Below, piece after piece: positions 17,989 through 27,102 of a DNA stretch of 32,000 bases. The translations under genes were made by a program, and so were the position numbers. Within the stretch, counting starts at the first letter, position 1. Each line of letters opens with the position of its first letter. The notes under the pieces are model-generated. The model saw nothing but the letters and a program-made list of their open reading frames with translations, was not told where the DNA came from and made no database searches. The stretch comes from Acaryochloris marina MBIC11017 (GTDB lineage Bacteria; Cyanobacteriota; Cyanobacteriia; Thermosynechococcales; Thermosynechococcaceae), in NCBI RefSeq assembly GCF_000018105.1, contig NC_009925.1, forward strand, positions 5,310,001 to 5,342,000. The letters run 5' to 3'.

Positions 17989-18822
17989 ATGTCTTTCTCT
18001 TGGCAATCCGTCAAATCCTATCAAGATATCCTGTATCACAAAGCTGACGGCATTGCCAAAATCACCATTAATCGGCCCCATAAACGGAACGCCTTTCGGC
18101 CCCAAACAATTTTTGAACTTTATGATGCCTTTATCGACGCTCGAGAAGACCCGAGCCTTGGGGTTATTTTGCTCACTGGGGCCGGTCCCCATACAGATGG
18201 TAAATATGCGTTTTGCTCTGGTGGGGATCAAAGTATTCGAGGGGAAGCGGGCTATGTCGGCGATGATGGCGTTCCCCGTCTGAATGTTCTCGATCTTCAA
18301 CGGTTAATTCGGTCGATCCCTAAAGTCGTAATTGCTCTTGTCGCAGGATATGCCATTGGTGGCGGACATGTCTTGCACTTGATCTGCGATCTATCCATTG
18401 CGGCAGACAATGCCATTTTTGGCCAAACAGGCCCCAAAGTGGGCAGCTTTGATGGCGGTTTTGGGGCGAGCTATCTAGCCCGGGTGGTGGGCCAAAAGAA
18501 GGCCCGAGAAATATGGTTTCTCTGCCGCCAATACGATGCCCAAGCAGCCTTGTCGATGGGCTTAGTGAATACAGTCGTTCCAGTCGCAGAACTCGAAGCG
18601 GAAGGGATTCAGTGGGCTCAAGAGATTTTACAGAAAAGTCCGTTGGCCATCCGCTGTCTTAAAGCTGCTTTTAACGCAGATTGTGATGGGCAGGCCGGTA
18701 TTCAAGAATTGGCTGGGAATGCCACGTTGTTGTTTTACATGAATGAAGAAAGTGCAGAGGGGAAAAATGCCTTTCTCGAAAAACGCGATCCGAATTTTCG
18801 GCAATTTCCTTGGCGGCCTTGA
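17989..18822 (+). CDS. menB: 1,4-dihydroxy-2-naphthoyl-CoA synthase
   Basis: Crotonase-fold protein with MenB-typical [58 protein letters not shown] and a C-terminal FLEKRDPNF. 277 aa. Confidence 0.95.
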   Translation: MSFSWQSVKSYQDILYHKADGIAKITINRPHKRNAFRPQTIFELYDAFIDAREDPSLGVILLTGAGPHTDGKYAFCSGGDQSIRGEAGYVGDDGVPRLNVLDLQRLIRSIPKVVIALVAGYAIGGGHVLHLICDLSIAADNAIFGQTGPKVGSFDGGFGASYLARVVGQKKAREIWFLCRQYDAQAALSMGLVNTVVPVAELEAEGIQWAQEILQKSPLAIRCLKAAFNADCDGQAGIQELAGNATLLFYMNEESAEGKNAFLEKRDPNFRQFPWRP

Positions 18823-18886
18823 TGAGCCATGGGATGATCCTAAGCTGAAGAGCGGCATCCCATGTCAGCATTGGCTAATTACAGTT

Positions 18887-18930
18887 CAGGGAGCAAGTTT
18901 GACTTGCTCCCTGACGTTTAAATGGTTTTT
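18887..18930 (+). terminator. rho-independent terminator after menB
   Basis: 11-bp perfect stem (18887-18897 cagggagcaag / 18903-18913 cttgctccctg) with a 5-nt loop. It is followed by ACGTTTAAATGGTTTTT. Confidence 0.6.
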
Positions 18931-18999
18931 GAATTGATCTGAAGACTCAGACTGGGTTTAAAGGTTTTGATAAATCGCATCAATGGTTATAGATGCCGT

Positions 19000-19248
19000 C
19001 TAAAGTGTTGGGGTTAGAACTCGGCGAGCAGATACAGTCTCTAATTGATAGGGTTCAATGGATTTCTGTTGATGACTAACGGAGAGAACCTCTATGGTAG
19101 AAGAAAAACTTGGGATCATTAGAGAACACGCTTTCCACTCCCCACGAACTGGAGCCCCAAGCCGCTGACACTGTCCGCCTCGTCTTCCCTCTGGTGAGTA
19201 ATGTTGACAATAGCGGCAGGCAAAGGTGGGAGAACTCAAATTTTTCAT
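19000..19248 (-). CDS. small Cys-containing hypothetical protein (82 aa)
   Basis: ATG ORF with the pattern C-x2-C...C...C (CRYCQHYSPEGRRGGQCQRLGAPVRGEWKAC), which suggests a small metal-binding module. I believe similar small proteins occur in cyanobacteria, but I cannot name a family. Confidence 0.5.
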   Translation of the reverse strand: MKNLSSPTFACRYCQHYSPEGRRGGQCQRLGAPVRGEWKACSLMIPSFSSTIEVLSVSHQQKSIEPYQLETVSARRVLTPTL

Positions 19249-19778
19249 AGAGTGAGTTGAAAATCAGTAGTTTAATAAACAGAAAAACTTCGTAATATTT
19301 GTTAATGCTTTCGAAGCATTTCCTTAGTTTTGCTAAGGATTTCTGTAGTGGGTTATTAGCCTTCTTTATATTAGGTTTCCCAAATTTCGGGTTTGTACCA
19401 TTGGATGGCCGATAAAACCTTTAATAGCAAGCTGTTAGGTGATCCCCTGCCATTAAAGCTGCATTCATCTTTTCTTTATGTTTGACATAAGCAATCCTAT
19501 AAAAAACTTTAAAACAGGTCTTCGGGTTCGATGAATGAAAGACCTAGTCTGCATTCCCAGAAAAAATATAAATTACAAACATGGGGCAATGGTTAGGGTA
19601 CCCTGATGAATCGGTCAGGGAGCCAGCAAGGTCAAAAAACTCACTATTGGCCTAGTCGTATCTTTGTATAGATTCGCAAAACTTATCGTCAATTTGGCTA
19701 CTAATTCTCATAAGTTTGTGCGAAAACAAGAAAAAAAATTGTTAAGGATTTTGTTTCAGGAATAGAAAAGAAAACGTG

Positions 19779-20585
19779 ATGAAAATTGCTAGCTGGAATG
19801 TAAATTCTATCCGAACACGCTTGGAACATGTTTTGGATTGGTTATATACCCAATCGATAGATGTTTTATGTCTGCAGGAAACGAAGGTTATTGATGAAGA
19901 CTTCCCGAAAGCCTCTTTTGAAGAAGAAGGTTACCAGGTCTATGTTTCAGGGCAAAAAGCTTATAACGGCGTGGCTTTAATCAGTCGGACGACTCTTTCT
20001 GAGGTCAGTTCTGGGTTCACCCCCTTACTGGGTCCAGACTTGACCCAGCACTATGACCAACAAAAACGGCTGATCACGGGGATCATTTCACCAGGGGTTC
20101 GCATTTTAAATCTTTATGTTCCCAATGGCTCGGAAATAGACAGTGATAAATATGTCTACAAATTAGAGTGGTTGGAGCTATTACATCACTATGTTGAGAA
20201 GTTGCTATCTCAAGATCCCCAGCATCTTCTCATCTGTGGTGATTTTAATATTGCTCTAGACGATCGAGATATGCATGATCCGTCCAAGCGGGAGGCCCAT
20301 ATTATGTCTACAGATCGGGAGCGACAGGCTTTGCAAAAGGTTCTGGCGCTTGGATTAGAAGATGTCTTCCGAAAGTTCAACTCTAAGTCCGAGCAGTTTA
20401 GCTGGTGGAATTATCGGGCAGGTTCTTTTCAACGGAATAAGGGTTGGCGGATTGACCATCACTATTTAACGCCAACCTTATATGAACAGGCAACGGCTTG
20501 CACAATTGACGCAGCCCCTCGTCGGTTACCCAAACCGAGCGATCATGCTCCCGTTGTGGTTGAGATCGATACTCAAAACTTATAG
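19779..20585 (+). CDS. xthA: exodeoxyribonuclease III (AP endonuclease)
   Basis: MKIASWNVNSIRTRL..., LCLQETK, NLYVPNG, CGDFNIA, WRIDHHYLT, SDHAPVVVE. These are the EEP-fold ExoIII motifs. ATG 19779 is preferred over the GTG at 19776. Confidence 0.93.
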   Translation: MKIASWNVNSIRTRLEHVLDWLYTQSIDVLCLQETKVIDEDFPKASFEEEGYQVYVSGQKAYNGVALISRTTLSEVSSGFTPLLGPDLTQHYDQQKRLITGIISPGVRILNLYVPNGSEIDSDKYVYKLEWLELLHHYVEKLLSQDPQHLLICGDFNIALDDRDMHDPSKREAHIMSTDRERQALQKVLALGLEDVFRKFNSKSEQFSWWNYRAGSFQRNKGWRIDHHYLTPTLYEQATACTIDAAPRRLPKPSDHAPVVVEIDTQNL

Positions 20586-20594
20586 GTAAGAAAA

Positions 20595-21986
20595 CTAAGA
20601 AACCTCTGGCGCCATGGAACAACGGGGGCAAGGCAACATAATTTGTAGCCAGGCTCCGCCAGTTTGGGGATGGTTGCGGGCCCGAATGGTGCCACCATGG
20701 GCCAGGATGATTTGCTGTGCGATCGCAAGTCCTAAACCACTCCCTCCCAAAGGAGCCACAGCGGAAGGTTGCTCCTGTTCTGATAGGGCGACAGAAGTCG
20801 CTTGAATAACATCTGACGTGCCTAGAGGTTGCAAACTCACTGCCTCAGGATTTCCCATCGGCACAGTCCCTCTCACTCTGGAGGGATCAGAACGATAGAA
20901 ACGCTTAAAAATATGGGGCAGGGACTCTGCCGAAAAACCTGACCCCGTATCAATAATATCGATACATAGGCGTTGCCCCCGTTCACCCTCTTCCGCGGAC
21001 TGAACGACTTCTACCTGGACAATAATGGGCTGATCCACCGGACTGTACTTAATCGCATTGTCAATCAGATTCAGGAACACCCGATACAGTCGATTCTTGT
21101 CGACGTTTAAAGTGCAGTCTTCCACCCCCTGGTAAAACAAAGATAGATTCCGCTGCTGAGCTAAAGGTTCCAAATTCAGCCAAGCCTTATGAATCAGACT
21201 GGGGACATTAACGGGTTGCAGTTTCAAAGTTTGGGCTTGATTGAACGTAATTCGACTCAGTTCAAGTAAATCTTTCACCAAGTCGCTGAGGCGGGTGACC
21301 TCTTGCAATAAGCGATCAATATGGGAGCGATGTTGCCAACTAATGCGGGGCTCAAGGGTTTCCACCATGAGGCGAATGGACGTAAGGGGGGTCTTCAGTT
21401 CATGGGCTACATCTGAAGTCCAGCGATCTCGATCCTCAGCCAAATTTTTGGTTTCAGTTCGATCCTCAATAAACACACCTACATGACCTTCTGGCAAAGG
21501 AATACCATAAGCTCTCAGGGGCCACTCTTGAGCCCGCTCAGACAGATGCATAATCCACTCAATTTGATGCTCTTGCTGACCTGAGCGAACCTGACTAATT
21601 AATTGATCCAGCTCAATGGAACGCACAACTTCTAGGAGGAGGCGGTTGGGCCAAGCGTCCCAAGAACGACTTTGCAGTTTCAACAGATCGCAAGCTCGTT
21701 CGTTAATCCAATACAAATTGTCAGCACCATTGACCTGCAGATATCCAACCGGGGCTCGGCGCAGAATATCTTGCCATCCCAACAGCTCTTGTTCATTGAG
21801 CTGGAGTTGATCTTGAAGTTGCAGGGTAACCCGAGATAATCGACTCAAGGGAGACAGGGTCGGCCGATAGGGATCACTGGGCAGGGTACGAATGATTCGT
21901 TCCAGTTGGTGATTGAAATGACGAGCAGACCAAGCAAGCAGTCCCAGACCAAGACCTAATCCTGCAAGGAACCATACTAATTGCAC
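20595..21986 (-). CDS. sensor histidine kinase, PhoR/SphS-like architecture (N-terminal anchor + PAS + HisKA + HATPase)
   Basis: A single N-terminal hydrophobic segment, a PAS-like region, an H-box (VAHELKTPLTSIRL), an N-box (LIDNAIKYSP) and a G-box (GGSGLGLAIAQ). It lies 43 nt downstream of the response-regulator gene. Confidence 0.9.
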   Translation of the reverse strand: MQLVWFLAGLGLGLGLLAWSARHFNHQLERIIRTLPSDPYRPTLSPLSRLSRVTLQLQDQLQLNEQELLGWQDILRRAPVGYLQVNGADNLYWINERACDLLKLQSRSWDAWPNRLLLEVVRSIELDQLISQVRSGQQEHQIEWIMHLSERAQEWPLRAYGIPLPEGHVGVFIEDRTETKNLAEDRDRWTSDVAHELKTPLTSIRLMVETLEPRISWQHRSHIDRLLQEVTRLSDLVKDLLELSRITFNQAQTLKLQPVNVPSLIHKAWLNLEPLAQQRNLSLFYQGVEDCTLNVDKNRLYRVFLNLIDNAIKYSPVDQPIIVQVEVVQSAEEGERGQRLCIDIIDTGSGFSAESLPHIFKRFYRSDPSRVRGTVPMGNPEAVSLQPLGTSDVIQATSVALSEQEQPSAVAPLGGSGLGLAIAQQIILAHGGTIRARNHPQTGGAWLQIMLPCPRCSMAPEVS

Positions 21987-22029
21987 AAGACTCTCCGTTA
22001 TTTAAGCTTGAGATGCCCTCCAACCGCTC

Positions 22030-22788
22030 TTATCCAAACCGATAGCCAAATCCTCTAATGGTGACTAAGTAATCAGGATTACTGGGGTCAAGTTCTATTT
22101 TTTCCCGTAGCCAACGAATATGTACATCGACCGTTTTGCTATCGCCGATATAGTCTGGCCCCCAAATCTTTTCGAGAATCTGCTCCCTTGGCCACACTCG
22201 CCGGGGATAGCTCATAAATAATTCTAAAATCCTGAATTCTTTGGGCGATAGATTGACTTCTTCATCTCGCACCATGACCCGACATTCATCAGGATGCAAA
22301 CTGATCTCACGACAGGTGAGCAGGGTGCCTTGAGGGTCAGTATTATTCAGCCGCTGTCGTCTTAAGAGAGCCCGACAGCGAGCGATCAGTTCCCGCATGC
22401 CAAAGGGCTTCGTGAGATAGTCGTCAGCACCCACTTCCAGACCGACAACCCGATCGGCTTCCGTATCCTTGGCACTCAACATCAGTACCGGAACCGTCGA
22501 GCCTTCCCGACGAATAAACCGGCACAGATCAATGCCATTAATGCCAGGCAGCATAATATCTAAAATAATCAGGTCTAGGGTGGATGCCTGCTGCGATCGC
22601 GACTTAAAAAGCTGAATGACATCCAGGGCTGTTTGGCCATCCGCAGCCGTGATTACCCGATATCCCTCACTTTGTAGTGCGGGAGCAATAGTTTCCCGAA
22701 TATTTTCTTCATCTTCCACTAACAGAATCTGACCCATTGTGGTCGGAAGTTGCTCAAACGAACGCGCATTCGGGTCAGCAGATAGCAT
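22030..22788 (-). CDS. OmpR/PhoB-family response regulator
   Basis: Receiver domain (ILLVEDEENIR...LIILDIMLPGING...LSAKD) plus a winged-helix output (LSPKEFRILELF...TVDVHIRWLREKIE...IRGFGYRF). An alternative start is ATG 22737 (MGQILLVEDE). Confidence 0.92.
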   Translation of the reverse strand: MLSADPNARSFEQLPTTMGQILLVEDEENIRETIAPALQSEGYRVITAADGQTALDVIQLFKSRSQQASTLDLIILDIMLPGINGIDLCRFIRREGSTVPVLMLSAKDTEADRVVGLEVGADDYLTKPFGMRELIARCRALLRRQRLNNTDPQGTLLTCREISLHPDECRVMVRDEEVNLSPKEFRILELFMSYPRRVWPREQILEKIWGPDYIGDSKTVDVHIRWLREKIELDPSNPDYLVTIRGFGYRFG

Positions 22789-22861
22789 ACAGAATTTTAC
22801 TTAAACGGCCATAGGCCGATTCTAACATTGAATCTTCGGGGAACCGTTGACCTGAAAGGGG

Positions 22862-22891
22862 TTTAACCGAAGCATAACCTAAATATTATCG
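22862..22891 (+). promoter_or_regulatory. candidate Pho-box-like direct repeats upstream of the response-regulator gene
   Basis: TTTAACCG-aag-CATAACCT-aaa-TATTATCG. These are 8-bp units at 11-bp spacing. The first two resemble the cyanobacterial SphR box PyTTAAPyPy(T/A). They lie 74-103 nt upstream of ATG 22788 and are inverted relative to that gene. Confidence 0.2.
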
Positions 22892-22905
22892 ATTTACTGG
22901 GGGAA

Positions 22906-23928
22906 TTAATGAATCGGCCTTGATTTTGCCGCACCTTTGCTGATCGTTGCCAAATATAGCCCCGTTAAGATGATAAAGAAGGCAACCCAATTCAATACGT
23001 TGAGCTGCTCTCCAAACACTTTCCAAGCTAGAAGAGCCGTAATTAAGGGTTCCATCAGCATAAACACAGAGACAAAGCCCGACGTAAATTGCTTGAGGCA
23101 GTAAGCTAGCAGGCCTTGCCCTAATCCTTGGCTAATCACGCCTAAGGCAATAACCGCTAGCCAAACCGTTGTAGAAGTTGGAAATAGCTGATTCCCCCCC
23201 ACCAACACAACCGGAATCGTCAACAGCCCAGTCACCACACAGGAGGACAGCATGATGGTTGTGGTGGTAAACCGCGTCCGCAGTTTTTCAATGACCAAAA
23301 AATTGGCAGCGTAGAAAACGGCAGATAACAAAGCCGCCCCATCCCCTACCAGACCACTCGTACCGACCTGGAAATCACCGACGCCAATAATTAACACTCC
23401 AGTAATCGCTAAGCTCATCCCCATCAGGAATTGGCGATTAAAGCGATGCCCTAGAAACAGCCACCCTCCCAAGGTTGCAAACAAGGGCGTCATGTTATGG
23501 AGGAGATTAGAATTCGCCACACTAGTTTGGGTGAGGGACCAAGCCCAAGACCCAGCCCGACCGTAAATCAGGATGCCCAAACACCCAAACCAGAGTAAAT
23601 CACGAATTTGAATCGATTGGGATGTCTGATCGGTTTCTGCAGGAGGTTGGCGAAACTGTTGGAAGCCGCTCCACATACCTAACGCCAAAGACGCAATCCA
23701 AAAGCGGTTAAAAATGGTCGCGCTGGCCGTTAGCTCTTCTTCACTTAACCGGGTAAATATTGCTGAACACGACAAAATACAGACGGCAGCAAGCAAAGCA
23801 GCAAAAGGCAAAATAGATGCAGTCTGCGATGCAGGTTGTTCGTAAAGAGCTTCTAGAACTTGTGGATCAGCAGGCCGCTCTAAGGTTTCAAGAGTCTGCT
23901 GAGGCCGCTCTAGGTCTTTGGTAATCAT
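22906..23928 (-). CDS. EamA/DMT-superfamily transporter
   Basis: About 10 TM segments in two homologous halves, about 300 aa of membrane core after a hydrophilic N-terminus. This is typical EamA topology and composition. Confidence 0.8.
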   Translation of the reverse strand: MITKDLERPQQTLETLERPADPQVLEALYEQPASQTASILPFAALLAAVCILSCSAIFTRLSEEELTASATIFNRFWIASLALGMWSGFQQFRQPPAETDQTSQSIQIRDLLWFGCLGILIYGRAGSWAWSLTQTSVANSNLLHNMTPLFATLGGWLFLGHRFNRQFLMGMSLAITGVLIIGVGDFQVGTSGLVGDGAALLSAVFYAANFLVIEKLRTRFTTTTIMLSSCVVTGLLTIPVVLVGGNQLFPTSTTVWLAVIALGVISQGLGQGLLAYCLKQFTSGFVSVFMLMEPLITALLAWKVFGEQLNVLNWVAFFIILTGLYLATISKGAAKSRPIH

Positions 23929-24059
23929 TATTGAGTCAGTGGTGAAGAGTGGGCTGTCGCGAGGTTAATGATCCCCATTATTATGTAATGTTACGAGACC
24001 CCTGAACAAAATATATATTGTGTAATTTTTTGATACATTTCTTGCGCAATGCGGTGTTT

Positions 24060-25250
24060 TTATGGTGACAGCATTAAAAAGAATTGAATAACGACCGCAT
24101 TGGCAATATCCATGCAGCAAGCTCCCAATAAAGGAATGACCAGCAAGGCTTTGGGAGAAGGTCCATAGCGCTGGGTAATCGTGGTCATATTTGCCATGCC
24201 CACGGGCATAGCTCCTAGAACCATTCCCGTAAAACCAGCACAAATCACGCTGGCATCATAATCATGACCTGCAGCCCAAAACACCACAAAATAGGCAAAT
24301 AGCCCGGCACAAAGGGTTTGGACGCCCAAAATAATCAGCAAGGGACCAGCCGTTTGCATCCATGACAGGATTTGCAAGTTCATCAAACTCATGACCAGGA
24401 AAAGCTGCAGGCTAACGTCATTCCAAAAGGACAGGGCTGTATCGTTGATCGAAATATTTCCCCAATCTAGGAGATTGATCAGGAGAATAGCCACCAGCAT
24501 AATAGGCAAAAATCGGGGCAAAACAATGCCCCAATCCAGCGTGAACAGATGTATTCCCAGTCCCACACTTAGGGATGTCGCAATTAACATTACAATCCCA
24601 AACATGCCTTCCAAACTCGTTGGCATCGTTACTGGGCTTTCCGCCACAACATCAGGGGGAGGGGATAGGGACTCCAGCTCAAACCGGCGAATCAAATGCT
24701 GACTAATGGGTCCCGCGAAAACCCCTCCCACAATCAGCCCTAAGGTGGCAGCTGCTAAGCTAAATTCCAATGCACCAGTCCACCCTTGGGCCTCAAGCAA
24801 TGTTCCCCAGGTGATCGCTGTACCATGACCCCCTACAAAGGCAATCGTCCCTCCGAGCAGTCCAAAAATAGGAGGGCAACCGACTAAGCAGGCCACCCCG
24901 ATCCCGACTGCATTTTGCAGGAATAAAAAGGCAATCATCACCCCAATCACAGCAGCAAGGGTTTTTCCCCCTTCTTTCAGCTGCTTAAAGCGAGCAGCTA
25001 GGCCAATCGTGCTAAAGAAGATCAACAGCAGGTTGTCGCGCAAGCTCAGATCAAACCGTAAATGCCAAGGTGTGCATAGGTTGACATAGGCCACCAGGCC
25101 ACAGCCAATAAGTCCTCCCGAAACGGCAGCAGGAATATTCAGGGTTCTGAGGAGAGGGAGGGTGCGGGTCAGAAGGATGCCAATCCCAAGAATAAAAATG
25201 CTGATTAGTAGAAAGGTTAAACAGTCAATGTCAACAACGGTCTCAATCAT
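24060..25250 (-). CDS. gltS: sodium/glutamate symporter GltS
   Basis: Close motif agreement with E. coli GltS as I remember it: FDLSLRDNLLLIFFSTIGLAA, LQNAVGIGVA, GGHGTA, and DYDASVICAGFTGMVLGAMPVGMANMTTITQRYGPSPKALLVIPLLGA. The start ATG at 25250 overlaps the rlmD stop (ATGA). Confidence 0.92.
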   Translation of the reverse strand: MIETVVDIDCLTFLLISIFILGIGILLTRTLPLLRTLNIPAAVSGGLIGCGLVAYVNLCTPWHLRFDLSLRDNLLLIFFSTIGLAARFKQLKEGGKTLAAVIGVMIAFLFLQNAVGIGVACLVGCPPIFGLLGGTIAFVGGHGTAITWGTLLEAQGWTGALEFSLAAATLGLIVGGVFAGPISQHLIRRFELESLSPPPDVVAESPVTMPTSLEGMFGIVMLIATSLSVGLGIHLFTLDWGIVLPRFLPIMLVAILLINLLDWGNISINDTALSFWNDVSLQLFLVMSLMNLQILSWMQTAGPLLIILGVQTLCAGLFAYFVVFWAAGHDYDASVICAGFTGMVLGAMPVGMANMTTITQRYGPSPKALLVIPLLGACCMDIANAVVIQFFLMLSP

Positions 25251-26683
25251 GAAGCCCGCCGATTGAGGAACGCGACACATTCCACATGGGACGTTTGAGG
25301 AAAAAAGTCGACGGGTTGGACTCGTGTCAAGTCATATTGTCCTGATTGACACAGCAAATTCAAATCCCGAGCAAGGGTCGCGGAATGGCAACTGACATAG
25401 ACGATTTGCGCAGGCTTGAGAGCCAGGAGTTGTTCAATCACACTTTGGTGGCAGCCTTTACGAGGCGGATCTAACAGCACCAGATCCGGAACAAAAGGCA
25501 GCTCCCTTAAGCACGCTTTGGCCGTCCCAGCAGCAAACGTTACGTTGCTAATTTGATTAAGGGTGGCATTGGTCTGGGCTTGGTCTACGGCTGCGGCCTG
25601 CAATTCAATCCCAATAATCTCTTTAACTCGCTGAGCTAGGGGAAGCGTAAGAGTACCAATCCCGCAGTACAGATCAACAACCTGTTCGCTGCCCATAAGC
25701 TGAAGGTGATCGAAAAGGGTATTGAGCAAAACTTCCGCTTGTTCAGTATGCACCTGGAAAAAGGTATCATGACGGAGCTGAAAGGTTAACCCCGCAAAGG
25801 TTTCTTGCAAATAGTGGTGACCGGCAATGCAAGTGGAGTCATGGCCAAAGATACGATTGGTTCGATGGGGATTGAAGTTCAGACTAATTCCCACTAGTCG
25901 GGGATAGCGCTCCAGCCACTCCTGTACTTGGGCATCTAGATCGACTAATTCAGATAAAGATTGGTTCGGTTTGGCATTAATAATCAACGTCATTAGAATT
26001 TCTCCCGTCCGTCGACCGATGCGGATCGAGAGGTGGCGAATCAGACCCCGATGATTTTGTTCGTTATAGATGGGCCAATCTTGCTTTTGAATATCTTCTT
26101 TAATTTCCGCTAAAAACGAATTAAAGTGAGGATCTTGAACGGGGCATTGATTGAGATTAATGAGCTTGTGGCTCCCTTTGCGGTAATACCCTGCCTGGAC
26201 TCGGTTGGTGTTGGGGCTTAACACAATGGGATAGGTTACCTTATTGCGGTACTCAATCGGAGATGGAGCAGCCAGCACTGGCTCGACAACAGGGGACTGG
26301 AATTTACCGATTCGCTCTAGGGCTTGAATCACATGATTCTGCTTGGCAACCAACTGATAGGCGTAGTCTACCTGCTGCCACTGACACCCCCCACACTTAT
26401 CAGCCACAATGCATTGCGGCCGCACTCGGTGAGGTGAGGCCTGCTTTATACTTTGAAGCTGACCGTGGGCATATCTGGGTTTAACCCGAATCAACCGAAC
26501 AGTGATGTGATCGCCAGGTACGGTGTTGGGGACAAAAACAACCAGATTTTGGTTTCCCCATCGACCCACCCCATCTCCAGTCGGACTGAGATCTGTAATC
26601 TCTAGATCCACTAGGCTACCTTGTTGCCAATGGCTTTCTGGTCGTTGTTGTTCCTGGGCATTTTGAAGGTTATCCACTGGCAT
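25247..26683 (-). CDS. rlmD: 23S rRNA (uracil-C5)-methyltransferase RlmD/RumA type (TRAM + 4Fe-4S + SAM MTase)
   Basis: TRAM-like N-terminus, cluster cysteines CIVADKCGGCQWQ plus NQCPV, a SAM motif (VVDLYCGIGTLTLPLA), LDPPRKG, and the catalytic YVSCHSATLARD. ATG 26683 is preferred; a TTG at 26701 is possible. Confidence 0.9.
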   Translation of the reverse strand: MPVDNLQNAQEQQRPESHWQQGSLVDLEITDLSPTGDGVGRWGNQNLVVFVPNTVPGDHITVRLIRVKPRYAHGQLQSIKQASPHRVRPQCIVADKCGGCQWQQVDYAYQLVAKQNHVIQALERIGKFQSPVVEPVLAAPSPIEYRNKVTYPIVLSPNTNRVQAGYYRKGSHKLINLNQCPVQDPHFNSFLAEIKEDIQKQDWPIYNEQNHRGLIRHLSIRIGRRTGEILMTLIINAKPNQSLSELVDLDAQVQEWLERYPRLVGISLNFNPHRTNRIFGHDSTCIAGHHYLQETFAGLTFQLRHDTFFQVHTEQAEVLLNTLFDHLQLMGSEQVVDLYCGIGTLTLPLAQRVKEIIGIELQAAAVDQAQTNATLNQISNVTFAAGTAKACLRELPFVPDLVLLDPPRKGCHQSVIEQLLALKPAQIVYVSCHSATLARDLNLLCQSGQYDLTRVQPVDFFPQTSHVECVAFLNRRAS

Positions 26684-27102
26684 AAATTGATGCACTAACA
26701 ATTGGGATAAATAAGACGGCGGCTGTCTTAAGCTGAGGCTCTAAATGGGCCAAGGCTGATTAACACTGCCATAGCTATATAGGCAAAAAAGTGATAGCTC
26801 CGTTAATTCAGGCTTTTTATCGTATACGAATATCTGGCTAATTACCTTTTTTCCCCCACTAACATTTATGAATGTCTCCCCAAACAGTGACTTTAAGGGA
26901 AATAAGTACCGTTTATTTGCTGAACTTATTCCCTTGACGAACAAATAAGTTACTCTATCTTTTTTAGAGCTGCAATTAAATTTTATTTATGCAAACAATA
27001 TTAAGATTCGGAGAATAGCGGATCCTTAACCCCTTACTATTTTCTTATTCCCAAATGTGAACCGCTTTGTTGCTTGTGTAAAAAGATAAAGCATTAGATT
27101 AG

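Noticed and set aside
17977-18937. ORFs of 64-107 aa overlapping menB on both strands.
   Set aside because: They are alternative frames of menB or run through its terminator hairpin. No support.
19590-19640. GGTCAGGGAGCCAGCAAGGTC looked superficially like the SRP (4.5S) RNA domain IV motif.
   Set aside because: The required stem and GNRA tetraloop (…GGUCC-GGAA-GGAAGCAGCC…) cannot be drawn, and there is no flanking helix 5 pairing.
20398-21810. ORFs overlapping the xthA 3' end and antisense to the histidine kinase gene.
   Set aside because: They are shadow ORFs inside well-supported genes.
23965-24702. 92-aa minus-strand ORF overlapping the gltS 3' end, and a 103-aa antisense ORF.
   Set aside because: The GltS frame matches the family to its C-terminus. 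The others are out of frame or antisense, with odd composition.
26263-26944. 73-aa ORF antisense to rlmD, and a 67-aa minus-strand ORF at 26741-26944.
   Set aside because: The first is a shadow ORF. The second begins with a non-ATG start in the AT-rich rlmD upstream region and has no RBS or recognisable sequence.
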